Assembly (NCBI GenBank): GCA_043228905.1
Contig: JBHGNT010000013.1
Coordinates: 124,001 to 188,000 of the forward strand
Source of the DNA: Azolla caroliniana
Taxonomy: Eukaryota; Plantae; Polypodiophyta
Reading direction: 5' to 3'
DNA: 64,000 nt
Shown: piece after piece, positions 1 through 11,252 of the stretch
Layout: every line of letters begins with the position of its first letter
How positions within the stretch are numbered: the first letter of the stretch is position 1
Translations under genes and position numbers: made by a program
Notes under the pieces: model-generated
Seen by the model: the letters and a program-made list of their open reading frames with translations, nothing else
What the model was told of the DNA's origin: nothing
The model's database searches: none

Positions 1-678
1 GCATACCCTTTCGACTTTGGCCCAATCCTCGGTAAGACCATTCGCACCGTCATCATCTTCGAGCTCGATCTCGATGTCCATCCTTTCTTTCTGATCCATC
101 GATCTTACGAATATTAGGACTTTATCCTCCCCCACCAATCGTTGTTCCCGCTCCGAGAGTCGAGCAAAACGATGCTCGAACTCTAGGAATGCTTGTGTTG
201 CACTTCGGTGGGTCTTCTCCGATCCCACCCATTCATTGAACTCTCACCGATCTCGTCCCTTCGATCTCTCGTAGTCATATGCCTCTCGTAAAGCTTCTTC
301 AAAGGACCCCCATATTGGGTTTTGTTGCCGTATCTTGTAGATTCTCTCTTGTAACCCATCCGTGGCTACCCGGCTAAAGGATATCACTTGCAATCCTTCC
401 GGTATCCCACATCGCATCATCTCCGCCTTGTAGTCACGTAGATAGTGTGACACATCATTTCCGTTGAATTGCCCGTTTCGTTGCACAAGCCGCTCTACTG
501 TTGACTTCATCTTCGACATCGCACATTGTTCTTGTTGCATCCGCTCAATCATCATCATCATTATGCTCATTGCCTCTTGTTGATTCTCCATCTCCTTGCC
601 ACCCGCGTTCACGTCGGGTTCACCACTTGTGTCGTGCCTTTTGGCTCCAAATCGTTGCGTGAGTCGGGTGGAAACCAC
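1..678 (-). pseudogene. Gag-like ORF (retrotransposon capsid) with an internal stop
   Basis: ORF 244-678 (MVSTR...FNGNDVSHYLRDYKAEM...WGSFEEALREAY). The same frame continues past a TGA at 244-246 (EFNEWVGSEKTH...EFEHRFARLSE) to position 1. Confidence 0.65.
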
Positions 679-1365
679 TGAGGTTTTGGACTAGGAGAAA
701 GAAGAATATGAGATAAGGCTCCTTATGAATGGATTGCAAGAAAGAGAAATATTTAAAGGAAGATATGAAACTCGTGAATCCCACGAGTATAGTGTATTAA
801 TTGATACTTAGAATATAAGAGAGAAATAGATGGAAAAAATCGTGAATCCCACGAATATATTAGATTGATCAAAATCCTTGTAAAATAATCAACAACCCCC
901 ATACATCTTTCTCTCCTCCTTATATAAGGATGGAAGAGGCTAATCATAGCTTCATGCTTTTTCTAAAGTGTTCATGCACACTAAATGTGCATGAGTTGCC
1001 TTTTTACACTATGCTTTTATTTCCTAAATATAGTGCTCATGCTCGCTAGATGTGCACGAGTCATTTTTTATTGGTGTACATTTTTCTTATAAATAAAGTA
1101 TTCACGCATTCTAAAAAATGCATGACTTACCTTTTAATAAAGGTAGGCGTAAATAAAGGTCTTATGTGTATTAAATCTATATTTAAAACACTTGGGGTAA
1201 GTTAGTACAATGGTAAGGTTAGGGTTTGTTTACGTGGAGGTATAGGGTTTGAATCTTGTCATGTAATAAATATTTTTTTAATATTTTATTTTATTTATTA
1301 TACGTAATTTAAATCGGATATAGTATTTTACATATTTCACGTAGTGTGTGATTTACATTACGACA
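1..1365 (-). mobile_element. 5' part (LTR + gag) of a Ty3/gypsy-like LTR retrotransposon inserted into LINE ORF1; continues left of the window
   Basis: On the minus strand the sequence begins TGTCGTAATG at 1365, an LTR-like TG start, exactly where LINE ORF1 is cut. AT-rich non-coding sequence (~680-1365) is followed by a gag-like frame. The other LTR and TSD are outside the window. Confidence 0.55.
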
Positions 1366-1973
1366 ACGTGAACCTTCAGAAACATGTTGAGGACCTTGAG
1401 ACATCTAGGGAAGATGGTGAAATATATTCCCTAGAGGATATTAAGGAGGAGATAAAAAAGGTTAGGGAAGAGGTTAAAAGCGATATGGAATTAGCAAAAA
1501 CTAGGTGGGTTGATGTAGTAAAACGTAATATTAAAAAGGAACTAAAGGATGAAAATATTGTAAACACCACCCTTGAGGAGGAAAAAATGCGTCAAGCTCG
1601 AAGCTTAAACGTAAGAGTTATTGGGCTTAAGGAAGGGGCATCTCTCGACGAAGATGCACAAATATTAGGGAAGATGTTGGGGTACGAAGCCCTACCAATC
1701 ACTAAAACTTGGAGAGTAGGACGTGACACCACTAGGAAAAGAGCTTTAGTCCTTCAATTTAAGGACTCAGAATCTAGGATCACCTTTTTTAAAAAGAGAC
1801 CAATTCTTCGAGGATTGGGCAGGGACCCTATCTACCTCGATGAAGACTTGACAAAGATGCAAATTGAACATCGTAAAACTTGTATGTCGCGAGTCATACA
1901 AGCTTGTAAAGAGGGGCACCGTGCTTTTGACCGAGACGGACGTGTGATAATTAATGATCGCGCCGCCAATTGA
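1366..1973 (+). pseudogene. LINE ORF1 (5'-truncated; coiled coil plus RRM-like region)
   Basis: Coiled-coil-like acidic/basic stretch, then RSLNVRVIGLKE...RVGR...ALVLQF...IYLDEDLT, typical of L1-like ORF1p. It stops 6 nt before the ORF2 ATG. Confidence 0.8.
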
Positions 1974-1979
1974 CGGCGT

Positions 1980-4927
1980 GTGGCCCATGTGACAAACAAT
2001 AAATTTAGGATGACCTTATGGAATTGTAACGGTGCACTTTGGACACACCCTGGCTATCTACAGGACATTTTGAAGGTATCTGATATACTTTTTTTAGTAG
2101 AAACACATCAGAGTCCAAATCGAGGACTGCCACGAGTTAACGGTTTTCGTTGGGAATCTATCCTTAGACAAACATCACATCAACACACTACTAGAGGGTC
2201 TGGAGGGGTTGCAATATTATTTCGGAGAGAGATACATAATAGGATAGAAATACTAAAGAAAGACCCAGAAGCCCGTTTTATGTGGGTGAAAATTCTCACT
2301 AGCAAGGATCAGGTGATATTTATCGCCGTTTGTTACTTCCCCCTGAAAGGATCCCGGTATAATACGGCTGGAGAGGCGAGTATAGTTGATGAAGGAATGC
2401 CACATGGGCCTTCTCCATATGAACCTTTATCGGATGACATAATCCGATATTCTTCTCAAGGGGAAGTCTTCCTTGTAGGGGATTTTAATGCGAGAACCCA
2501 ATCCCAACAATGCACAATATTTCAGATGGATAGAAACTTAGAATTGGTGAATGTTGACCCTTTAGCCTTAGGCATAACATGTACATCAAAAGATCAAGGT
2601 GCGGACGCCACAAGCTTTGGCCATCATCTGCTTGAACTTGCAAGCTGACACCAGATGATCATATATAATGGCTTAGCCAAGTGGTCGGGCTCGGAAGAGC
2701 TCACATGTTTCCCACATGGAGGAGGGGAAAGCACAGTTGATTACCTAATAGGATGCCCTGAAGCTACCCATATGGTTAACTCCTTCCAAGTGGCCCCATG
2801 CCCCATTGGTGCAGACCATAGCTTCCTATACTTTGAGCTAAAATGTGACATCTCCCACGCCACCAACTCTAGTCAACCAACCCATCACACCATAATACAT
2901 TTCACGCATGAGCTCGCTGACATCTACTCTAGACATGTACAAGCCCATCTCTCCTCGTTTGATTCTTCCTTGCCTTTAGAGAACCTCACTACAGAACTCA
3001 CACACATCCTTCACTCAGCAGCAACTACTAGCTTCCCATGCACGAAAGGTTCCAATCATAGTAGAATAGGGTCTATACCACAAAACAAGTGGTATGATGA
3101 GGATTGTAGAGAGTTGTATAGACAACTTAAGGTGTCGCGACTTAGTGGTACTATTTCCTCAATACAAGCTCGCAAAGAGATGTGCAAGATGACACGTCGT
3201 AAAAGACGAGCTTGGGAAGCATCTCAATATTGGGAACTCTACCATATGTTCATGAGTAGGGACTATGCCCTTGCATCGAAGAGACTATCGAGGATCCCAA
3301 TATTTGGCACACATATATCGAGAGACTCTACCATGTCCCGAACCAACCACCCATTCCAATGCCTTCCACACCTCGACCTACCATGGGGACACTTTTCATG
3401 ACCTCTAGGGTCACGAAGGTCATAAAAAAGTTACAACATAGGAAATCCATGGACCACACAGGATTGCGAGCCGAGCACATCATATATGCTCGAGAGTGCC
3501 TAGCGCCCCTTCTCACTCTAATCTTCAATTGTGCCCTCGCCGAGGGTTTTCCACCACAATGGGCCATGAACACAGTGGCCCCTATAGATAAAGGTGGGGA
3601 CCCAATGGACCAAAATACATCTAGAACCATTATGATAGGTCATACGCTCGCTAAACTATATGGTGCAGTAATGGAAGTAGAGCTCATCGATTATATGGAA
3701 ACGTTAAGTCTTCGCCCACCTAAGCAGGCTGGCTTTACGAGCCTTCTCCACTATTGACCATATCTTCACACTTAGGTGCTTAATTGACCAGAAGAAGGCT
3801 CATAAGAAGAAACTATATTGTTGCTTTGTGGACTTCCGCAAAGCCTTTGACACGGTTCCTAGGGAGAGGTTGTTTGATAGACTTAAGAGGTTGGAGATAC
3901 CAAATGACATGATCTAGGCCATTTATGCCTTATATGAGCAAGTCTTTGGGTGCGTACGATGCCCAGGTGGCCTATCCGATTGTTTCACTAGCACCATTGG
4001 TGTAAAACAGGGTTGCCCCTTGTCACCGACTCTTTTTGGGATCTACATTGATGAGATCACTGATTTTATTGCTCAAAAGGGAGACAAGGGAGTAGTTATT
4101 GGGGATATGCAAGTTAGTCTCTTACTCTACGTAGACGACATCGTCTTGCTCTCGGAGTCGGAACATGACCTACAAAAGCATCTTAATGCCCTAGATGACT
4201 TTTGTACACAACAAGGACTGGTAGTGAATCTAACGAAAACTAAAGTCCTTATCTTTCATACATCGTCCCGAGTTAGGAGTAAATGTCACCTAACCCTCTC
4301 TCATACACTAGTTGAGGTAGTGGGATCATATGAATACTTGGGAGTCACTTTTAGTGCTCGCTCAGGTAAATTCTCGATGACCCAGGCAGCCAAAGATAGA
4401 CTAACGAGAGGGTATGCATCCCTCTCACTCTTAGAGAGACAATGCCACCATGCATACTTTCAAGAGCCATGGACTAAGGGATGGCTCTTCGACTCATTAG
4501 TGACCCCTTCCCTCATGTATGCATCAGTAGTATGGGCTCCAGGTCTACCATCCTTCATGTGAACGCAATTAGAGAGACCTTTGGTAACGATGTTATCACG
4601 TCAACTCTGAAGCAAATCAACAGTACCGCATGACATTATTAGAACAGAGTTTAGTCTACCCCCGATGTTAGTAGAAGCACTCTTTCAAATGGTAGTTTTT
4701 ATTTATCGGATACATAGCCAACCACAAGATAGGATATCCCGTCGAGCCTTTGAGGCATCCCGATCCCTACATGCATCTGGAGTAACTAGCTCTTGGTATA
4801 GCATTGTGGTGAGTTGGTTACTTGCAAACGCCATAGACATTAATAACCTACCTCCCCTTAAGTACAACCATGGGACTGATCAAACTCTAATCTCTCATGA
4901 AGACCATAATAAAGTGATACGCCAAGA
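1980..4927 (+). pseudogene. LINE ORF2, endonuclease and reverse transcriptase part, disrupted
   Basis: ORF pieces 1980-2648, 2655-3401, 3359-3757, 4020-4562 and 4665-4927 are separated by in-frame stops and frameshifts. Confidence 0.9.
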
Positions 4928-5454
4928 TGTTAAGAAAACGTGAAGAAGGCACTTGGGCTCTTCTTATGTGCGCGGCGGATCGTGGTGTGCTAGATCGTTT
5001 AGTGCTCAAACACAGAAGGGAAGGGGGAAGGAGACTTACCTCTGTAGCAGCCAAAACTTCTTCTATTTCATTATGCGCAGAGCTCTACTTGCTCTCGTTT
5101 GTTTCTCTCTCTTGCTCTCACTCTCTGAGTTCTTTTTTTCTCTATACTCACTATATTTCTCTCAGAGTTCTACTTCCTGTATATCTTCTTCTCTATTCTT
5201 ACTCTCTTACTTTCTACCTAAGTAATAAGTTACTTACGTATGCAGCTAATTAGCTGCCTGTAGCTAATTAGTTGTCAGTCGCTAAATAGCTGTCAGTAGC
5301 TAAATAGCTGTCAGTCGCTAAATAGCTGTCAGTAGCTAATTAGCTGTCTGTAGCTAATTAGCTGTTTCTCCTTTATGTTCACAAGTAGCTAAATAACTAC
5401 TATAGCTTATTTCCCAATAAGCATCGCATACCATGTTGAGCTTGCTTCTCAACA
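4928..5454 (-). repeat. 3' LTR of the copia element (527 bp)
   Basis: Near-identical to 9962-10506. I see 3 substitutions and one 18-bp repeat-unit indel. Confidence 0.97.
5242..5367. repeat. 18-bp tandem array (7 units) inside the 3' LTR
   Basis: Units of GTAGCTAA(T/A)TAGCTGTC(A/T). Confidence 0.95.
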
Positions 5455-5463
5455 CTCCCCCTC
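5455..5463 (-). promoter_or_regulatory. Polypurine tract
   Basis: Minus strand GAGGGGGAG directly before the 3' LTR. Confidence 0.9.
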
Positions 5464-5562
5464 AAGCTCAACTTATCCTTTCTTGGGGTTATCTACAACT
5501 TCTTTTTCATGATGCTTTTCAGCCATCATATCAATGTCTACAACTCCCATCATGTTCCGAAA

Positions 5563-8500
5563 CTATGTATGCTTTTCCACTCTCAATCCCTTTGTGAGAA
5601 TATCAGCAACCTGCTGATTTGTATTCACATACACCAGATCAACTTCTCCTTCAATCACTTTTTCTCTAACAAAGTGATAATGCACTTCAATGTGCTTTGT
5701 TCTTGCATGGAACACAGGGTTCTTTGCAAGTTGAATGCTGCTCATGTTGTCACACCAGATTGTGACAGTACCTTCTATATACTCTCCCAAATCAGCAAGC
5801 AATCTTCTAATCCATACCTCTTCACAAGTGGCTATGGCAGCTCCTCTGTACTCAGCTTCAGTACTAGACAATGCAACAGTAGCCTGTTTCTTGCTACTCC
5901 ATGAAATACCTGCACTTCCCAATGTAAAGATATATCCACTTGTGGATCTTCTATCTGTTTGGCTTCCAGCCCAATCAGCATCTGTATATCCTTCCAGATT
6001 TATGTCCAAATCAGCCCTGTAAAACAATCCATAGTTCTGAGTAGCTTTTACATACCTCAGAATTCTTCTAATGTAGTCCAAATGCGGCTTTGTTGGTTGT
6101 TGCATAAATTGGCTGACTAATCCAACTGCATAACTCAAATCAGGTCTTGTTATGGTCAAATAAATAAGGCTGCCCACCATAGACCTGTACATGTTTACAT
6201 CTTCTATTTTGGCTCCCAAATCAGCCCTCAATTTGCAGTTTTTATCTAGTGGTACTCCAATAGGTTTGCACCCAAGCATACCATACTTTTTCAACATAGT
6301 TGTTGCATATTGTCTTTGCAACACACATATACCACTTTCAGATCTGATGATTTCAATACCCAAAAAATATCTCAGATCTCCCAAATCTTTCATATGAAAT
6401 TTCATTTCCAAATTTCTTTTTAGCTTACTTATCTCATCCATGAAATCACCTCCAATGATGAGATCATCAACATAAATCAGAATCACAACCATACAATCAT
6501 CTTTCCTTTTAACATACAATGATGAATCAGCCTTTGACATTTTGAAGTCAAGTTTTTTCAGATAATCTGAAAGTTCCCTGTGCCATGTTCTTGGTGCCTG
6601 TTTCAGTCCATAGAGAGCCTTTTTCAGCTTACATACATAATCTGGATGCTTCCTATCTTCAAAACCTGGTGGTTGACACATATACACTTCTTCTTCCAAG
6701 TTACCATGTAAAAAGGCATTTTTTACATCCATATGATGAAGAACCCATCTTTTGGCTGCACCTACAGCCAGTAATGTCCTCAATGTTGCCATCTTTGCAA
6801 CCGGTGCAAATGTCTCATCATAATCAATTCCTTGCATTTGAGCATATCCCTTTGCAACCAATCTTGCTTTATGTCTACTTACATTCCCACTGGAATCATG
6901 CTTTGTCTTGTAGACCCATTTGCAACCTACCACATTTTTTTCTTTTGGTAACTTCACCAAATCCCATGTTTTGTTTTCAGCCAATGCATCAATCTCTTCT
7001 TGCATTGCGTCCACCCATTTCTTCTCAGTTTTAGCCTCATCAAAACTACTTGGATCAGGGATCTGTACCACCTTAGACATGTATGCATAATGCATAGCCA
7101 TGTATGTATCATAACCAAATCTTTCAACAGTTTTTTTCTCTCTATCTGATCTTCTCAGTTTCTGATTTGCATCCTTCAATGCTTTTTCCATACCAGGGAT
7201 TTTCAATCCTCTTATACCAAGAAGATCATCCAATGACACATCTGAATCCTCATCTTCCATGTTTTTAGACAAGTCATCCAACATTTCATACTCTGGCATT
7301 TTCTGTTTTCCTTTTTTATCATCACATTTTTTGTGTCCTCCACTTTTTCCACTCCAAGAATTTGAATCAGATTTACCATCTGAGCTTTTTGATGGTCCAG
7401 AACATTCTGTTGATGTTGGACTTTGCTGTCCAACCTTGCTTCCATCTCTGTGGCAGTCTTCTACATTTTCAGATTTGTCTTTGTCTTCAATCTCATTGTC
7501 TTCATCAGTCTCTGGATTCTGTTTTGGACTATACCAGCTGGCTAACTCATCAAAGTTTACATCCCTACTTGTCACAATCTTCTTTGTTACAGGGTTATAG
7601 CATCTATATCCTTTTTGTTCTTCTGAATAGCCAACAAAAATACATTTTTCTGCCTTTGGATCCAACTTACTTCTTACTTCTGCAGGCACATGTACATATG
7701 CAAGGCATCCAAACACTTTTAAGTGTTCTATACTAGGTTTCCTTCCATAGAAACACTCTTCAGGAGTTGCTTCATGTACTCCCGATGTTATACATCTATT
7801 TAGAATATAATTTGCTGTATTTACAGCTTCTGCCCAATAGTACAATGGCATATTCTTCTCTGTCATCAAAGCCCTTGCAATGTTCACCAATGTTCTGTTT
7901 TTCCTCTCAGCAACTCCATTTTGCTGTGGAGTATATCTACATGTGAACTGTCTTCTTATTCCCTGATTGCATAGAAAATCAGAAAATTCATTGGAGAAAT
8001 ACTCTCCTCCTCCATCAGATCTTAAACATTTTATTCTTGTACCTGCCTGCTTTTCTACCATGCATTTAAACTTACGAAAACATTCAAACACTTCACTTTT
8101 CTCTTTCATGAAGTACACCCATGTTTTCCTTGAGCAATCATCAATAAAAGTTACATAAAATCTGCAGCCACCGATAGATGCATTCTTAGTTGGTCCCCAT
8201 ACATCCGTATGTACCAAATCCAACAAATTTTTACTTACATGTCTTTCATGAGGGAATGACAACCTATTTTGCTTTCCATATTGACATGCTTCACATATCT
8301 TTCCCATTTCACAGTTTTTCAGTTTTGGCAATCCAGCCACTGCATCTTTTCTCAACATATTCTTTAGGGTTTGCATACTTATGTGGCCAATCCTTTTATG
8401 CCACATTTCCACATCTGAGACTACACTCATTCCATTTGCAAACATAGCTGAAATCTGTCTAGGCATGTCAACATCCAAAATAAACATTCTTCCTTGTCGT

Positions 8501-9822
8501 TTTCCTTTTGCAATGAGCTTCCCATTCTTTTCTATATAGCATCCACTTTGCTTAAACTTTACTTGCATACCTTGCTCTACTATCTGTCCAACAGAAATCA
8601 GATTCTTAGCAAGATTTGGAACATGCATTACATTCAACATATACTTAGTCTTTCCTTTTTCTTCCCACAATGGAATATCTCCAACATGTTCTATTTGGTG
8701 AGTACTATTATCACCCGTCTGTACATAGTCAGGAATCTCTGGTTCTCTCAACCTTTCAAACCAGTTTGCATGTCCAGTCATATGGTTAGATGCCCCCGAG
8801 TCTACATACCATGTAAACTCTTCATTACATTTCTGTGAGCTTTCAGCCACTGCTGCTATCTCATGTTGTACCACAAATGCACCATCTTTTTCACAATCTT
8901 CACTAGTTTGGGCATAGTTATTCTGCTGACTCTTTCCTCTTTTCTCATCATTTTGCTTCTTGTAACATTCAGCTTGTGTGTGGCCTGGTTTTCCACAATA
9001 CCAACAGCCATCATCATTTACATATGTTTGCTTACCTCTACCTTGGTTGCTCCCCCTGCCTCTGTTGTTGTTTCTTCCTCTAATGGTTTGTTGTCCTCTT
9101 CCTTGATAACCATTATTGTTGGTTCTTGCTGAGCCAAATCTTCCATGGCCTCTTCCTCGGCCTCTTCCGGCACTATTATATAGGGCTTGCCCCTCATTCT
9201 CAAGATTTCCTTTATTTACATCATCCATCTGATTCCTTTCTTCTACTACAAGCATTGAAACCAGATTTGGAAAACTTGGGATACTATCCCTTGTAAGCAT
9301 AGAGGTTTTAAAGCTTTTGTATTGAAGTCCCAAGCCTCTCAAGCATATTTCTACCTTATCATCATCTTCTATCTTTACATTGATAGAGGCAAGTGATTCA
9401 CATATGCTCTTTATTTTCAAGGCATACTCATTTATTGACATCTTACCTTTTTCTAAGGTATTTAGCTCAGTCTTCAACTGTAGCTTTCTAGCTTTTGTGT
9501 TTACTGCAAACAATTTTACCAAACTGTCCCAAGCTTCTTTTGGGAGCATAGCATCCTGTATGTGCCCAAGCATCGAATCTGAGATGCTAAGTGAGAGCCA
9601 ATGCATTACCTTCCTTGCCCCTTGATTCCAATCTTTGAATGCTTTAATCTGTGCTGCTGTGGCATTTTCTTCTGGGATCTCCGGAGCCTCTTCTAGGTCT
9701 CCTTCAATGTAATCCCAGTATCCTTTCCCCATTAGGAAATTTGTCATTCTAAATTTCCACGCCGGGAAATTGTTTTTATCTAGTTTCTCTGTAACTATTT
9801 GGCCCGCATTCTCTGCAGCCAT
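5563..9822 (-). CDS. Copia gag-pol polyprotein (gag, CCHC, protease, integrase, RT, RNase H)
   Basis: About 1420 aa, uninterrupted: CWYCGKPGHTQAEC, WYVDSGASNH, HKRIGH..CEAC, VHTDVWGP, LRSDGGGEY, QQNGVAER, LIYVDDLII, YTDADWAG, WCDNMS, ADILTK. ATG at 9822. The stop at 5563 is probably slightly premature. Confidence 0.97.
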   Translation of the reverse strand: MAAENAGQIVTEKLDKNNFPAWKFRMTNFLMGKGYWDYIEGDLEEAPEIPEENATAAQIKAFKDWNQGARKVMHWLSLSISDSMLGHIQDAMLPKEAWDSLVKLFAVNTKARKLQLKTELNTLEKGKMSINEYALKIKSICESLASINVKIEDDDKVEICLRGLGLQYKSFKTSMLTRDSIPSFPNLVSMLVVEERNQMDDVNKGNLENEGQALYNSAGRGRGRGHGRFGSARTNNNGYQGRGQQTIRGRNNNRGRGSNQGRGKQTYVNDDGCWYCGKPGHTQAECYKKQNDEKRGKSQQNNYAQTSEDCEKDGAFVVQHEIAAVAESSQKCNEEFTWYVDSGASNHMTGHANWFERLREPEIPDYVQTGDNSTHQIEHVGDIPLWEEKGKTKYMLNVMHVPNLAKNLISVGQIVEQGMQVKFKQSGCYIEKNGKLIAKGKRQGRMFILDVDMPRQISAMFANGMSVVSDVEMWHKRIGHISMQTLKNMLRKDAVAGLPKLKNCEMGKICEACQYGKQNRLSFPHERHVSKNLLDLVHTDVWGPTKNASIGGCRFYVTFIDDCSRKTWVYFMKEKSEVFECFRKFKCMVEKQAGTRIKCLRSDGGGEYFSNEFSDFLCNQGIRRQFTCRYTPQQNGVAERKNRTLVNIARALMTEKNMPLYYWAEAVNTANYILNRCITSGVHEATPEECFYGRKPSIEHLKVFGCLAYVHVPAEVRSKLDPKAEKCIFVGYSEEQKGYRCYNPVTKKIVTSRDVNFDELASWYSPKQNPETDEDNEIEDKDKSENVEDCHRDGSKVGQQSPTSTECSGPSKSSDGKSDSNSWSGKSGGHKKCDDKKGKQKMPEYEMLDDLSKNMEDEDSDVSLDDLLGIRGLKIPGMEKALKDANQKLRRSDREKKTVERFGYDTYMAMHYAYMSKVVQIPDPSSFDEAKTEKKWVDAMQEEIDALAENKTWDLVKLPKEKNVVGCKWVYKTKHDSSGNVSRHKARLVAKGYAQMQGIDYDETFAPVAKMATLRTLLAVGAAKRWVLHHMDVKNAFLHGNLEEEVYMCQPPGFEDRKHPDYVCKLKKALYGLKQAPRTWHRELSDYLKKLDFKMSKADSSLYVKRKDDCMVVILIYVDDLIIGGDFMDEISKLKRNLEMKFHMKDLGDLRYFLGIEIIRSESGICVLQRQYATTMLKKYGMLGCKPIGVPLDKNCKLRADLGAKIEDVNMYRSMVGSLIYLTITRPDLSYAVGLVSQFMQQPTKPHLDYIRRILRYVKATQNYGLFYRADLDINLEGYTDADWAGSQTDRRSTSGYIFTLGSAGISWSSKKQATVALSSTEAEYRGAAIATCEEVWIRRLLADLGEYIEGTVTIWCDNMSSIQLAKNPVFHARTKHIEVHYHFVREKVIEGEVDLVYVNTNQQVADILTKGLRVEKHT

Positions 9823-9949
9823 TGTCTCTTCCAAACTAGGTTTTCTGTTACAATTACTTCAACAAGTAACTTTCTGATTCAGATCAGCAAACAGAGAAAT
9901 ACCTTTCTCAGATCTATGCACTTTTGTACTCTTCTTTATGAGCAACTCT

Positions 9950-9961
9950 GCTCTGATACCA
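9950..9961 (-). promoter_or_regulatory. Primer binding site (tRNAi-Met)
   Basis: Minus strand TGGTATCAGAGC immediately inside the 5' LTR. Confidence 0.95.
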
Positions 9962-10506
9962 TGTTAAGAAAACGTGAAGAAGGCACTCGGGCTCTTCTTA
10001 TGTGCGCGGCGGATCATGGTGTGCTAGATCGTTTAGTGCTCAAACACAGAAGGGAAGGGGGAAGGAGACTTACCTCTGTAGCAGCCAAAACTTCTTCTAT
10101 TTCATTATGCGCAGAGCTCTACTTGCTCTCGTTTGTTTCTCTCTCTTGCTCTCACTCTCTGAGTTCTTTTTTTCTCTATACTCACTATATTTCTCTCAGA
10201 GTTCTACTTCCTGTATATCTTCTTCTCTATTCTTACTCTCTTACTTTCTACCTAAGTAATAAGTTACTTACGTATGCAGCTAATTAGCTGCCTGTAGCTA
10301 ATTAGCTGTCAGTCGCTAAATAGCTGTCAGTAGCTAAATAGCTGTCAGTCGCTAAATAGCTGTCAGTAGCTAATTAGCTGTCTGTAGCTAATTAGCTGTC
10401 TGTAGCTAATTAGCTGTTTCTCCTTTATGTTCACAAGTAGCTAAATAACTACTATAGCTTATTTCCCAATAAGCATCGCATACCATGTTGAGCTTGCTTC
10501 TCAACA
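9962..10506 (-). repeat. 5' LTR of the copia element (545 bp)
   Basis: Direct repeat of 4928-5454, adjacent to the PBS. Confidence 0.97.
10276..10419. repeat. 18-bp tandem array (8 units) inside the 5' LTR
   Basis: Same unit as 5242-5367, with one extra copy. Confidence 0.95.
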
Positions 10507-10511
10507 CAAGA

Positions 10512-11252
10512 AATATGGCAAATTTACACTCAATATAAATGGATCACCCCACGAGAGCCACTCCCATCTAAAATGATGTACTATAAGGAACACTTCTTGC
10601 ACTTCTCTAAGTTAGGTTTTATTACACGACCAAGATATCTAGATACATTCTTATCAAATGCACTAAGGGTGGCAATTGAACAACTTAGAATATCATCTCA
10701 CCAACTTGAGGTTGAGAATGGTCGAGCTAATAGAGTCCCTAGAGAGGAAAGGCTATGTAGGTTATGCCACATAGAGATAGAGGATGAGTATCACTTCACA
10801 TGCAAGTGCCCAACTTATGCCGAGATACGGGCGGAATACCAAGATATATTAGGATCCTCTCCAAACTATTAGATACCTCGAGTGTAAAAAGACTAGGTAA
10901 GTATATCTTAGAGCTAAAACAACATAGGGAGAATAAATTACAAAGTGTTAATCATAAACCTTTTACTATTCATCAACATGGGGAACAAGGGGAGACGATG
11001 AATGTGGATACACTTACGCCGCTCGGCCTCTCGCTTGAGGAAGCAGAAAAACAAAGAACAACCAAACGCCCTCGGATATTGGGCTTCAAAACAAGTCGAC
11101 GTGGAGTAGAAAAGATTAAGAAGATAAGGGAACGTGAGCTACATCGACTAGAAGCTATGGTTGGGGTACCTTTTACATTGGGACCACAAGCCACATCCAC
11201 ATCGCAACCCTTTGACCTCCCACTTCTCTTCGAGAGTCTTGGATGGAAATGA
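10512..11252 (+). pseudogene. LINE ORF2 C-terminus (zinc knuckle plus extension), frameshifted
   Basis: Resumes after the copia TSD. LRISSHQLEVENGR...EERLCRLC...EDEYHFTCKCPTY (10573-10872), then a shifted frame to the stop at 11252. Confidence 0.85.

Larger units (their letters stand above)
4928..10506 (-). mobile_element. Full-length young Ty1/copia LTR retrotransposon
   Basis: TG...CA LTRs at 4928-5454 and 9962-10506, 5-bp TSD CAAGA (4923-4927 and 10507-10511), PBS TGGTATCAGAGC, PPT, and a single gag-pol ORF. Confidence 0.98.

Noticed and set aside
660-684. Putative PBS (TGGTTTCCACCCG) for the gypsy-like element
   Set aside because: I could not match it confidently to a tRNA 3' end, and it coincides with the gag start codons.
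4927-5253. 108-aa and 162-aa hydrophobic ORFs (also 9799-10287) as possible env-like or antisense genes
   Set aside because: They lie within the LTRs on the antisense strand in CT-rich low-complexity sequence, and are duplicated only because the LTR is.
5242-5367. Regular palindromic repeats resembling a CRISPR array
   Set aside because: The units are contiguous 18-mers without unique spacers, lie within a eukaryotic LTR, and have no cas genes nearby.
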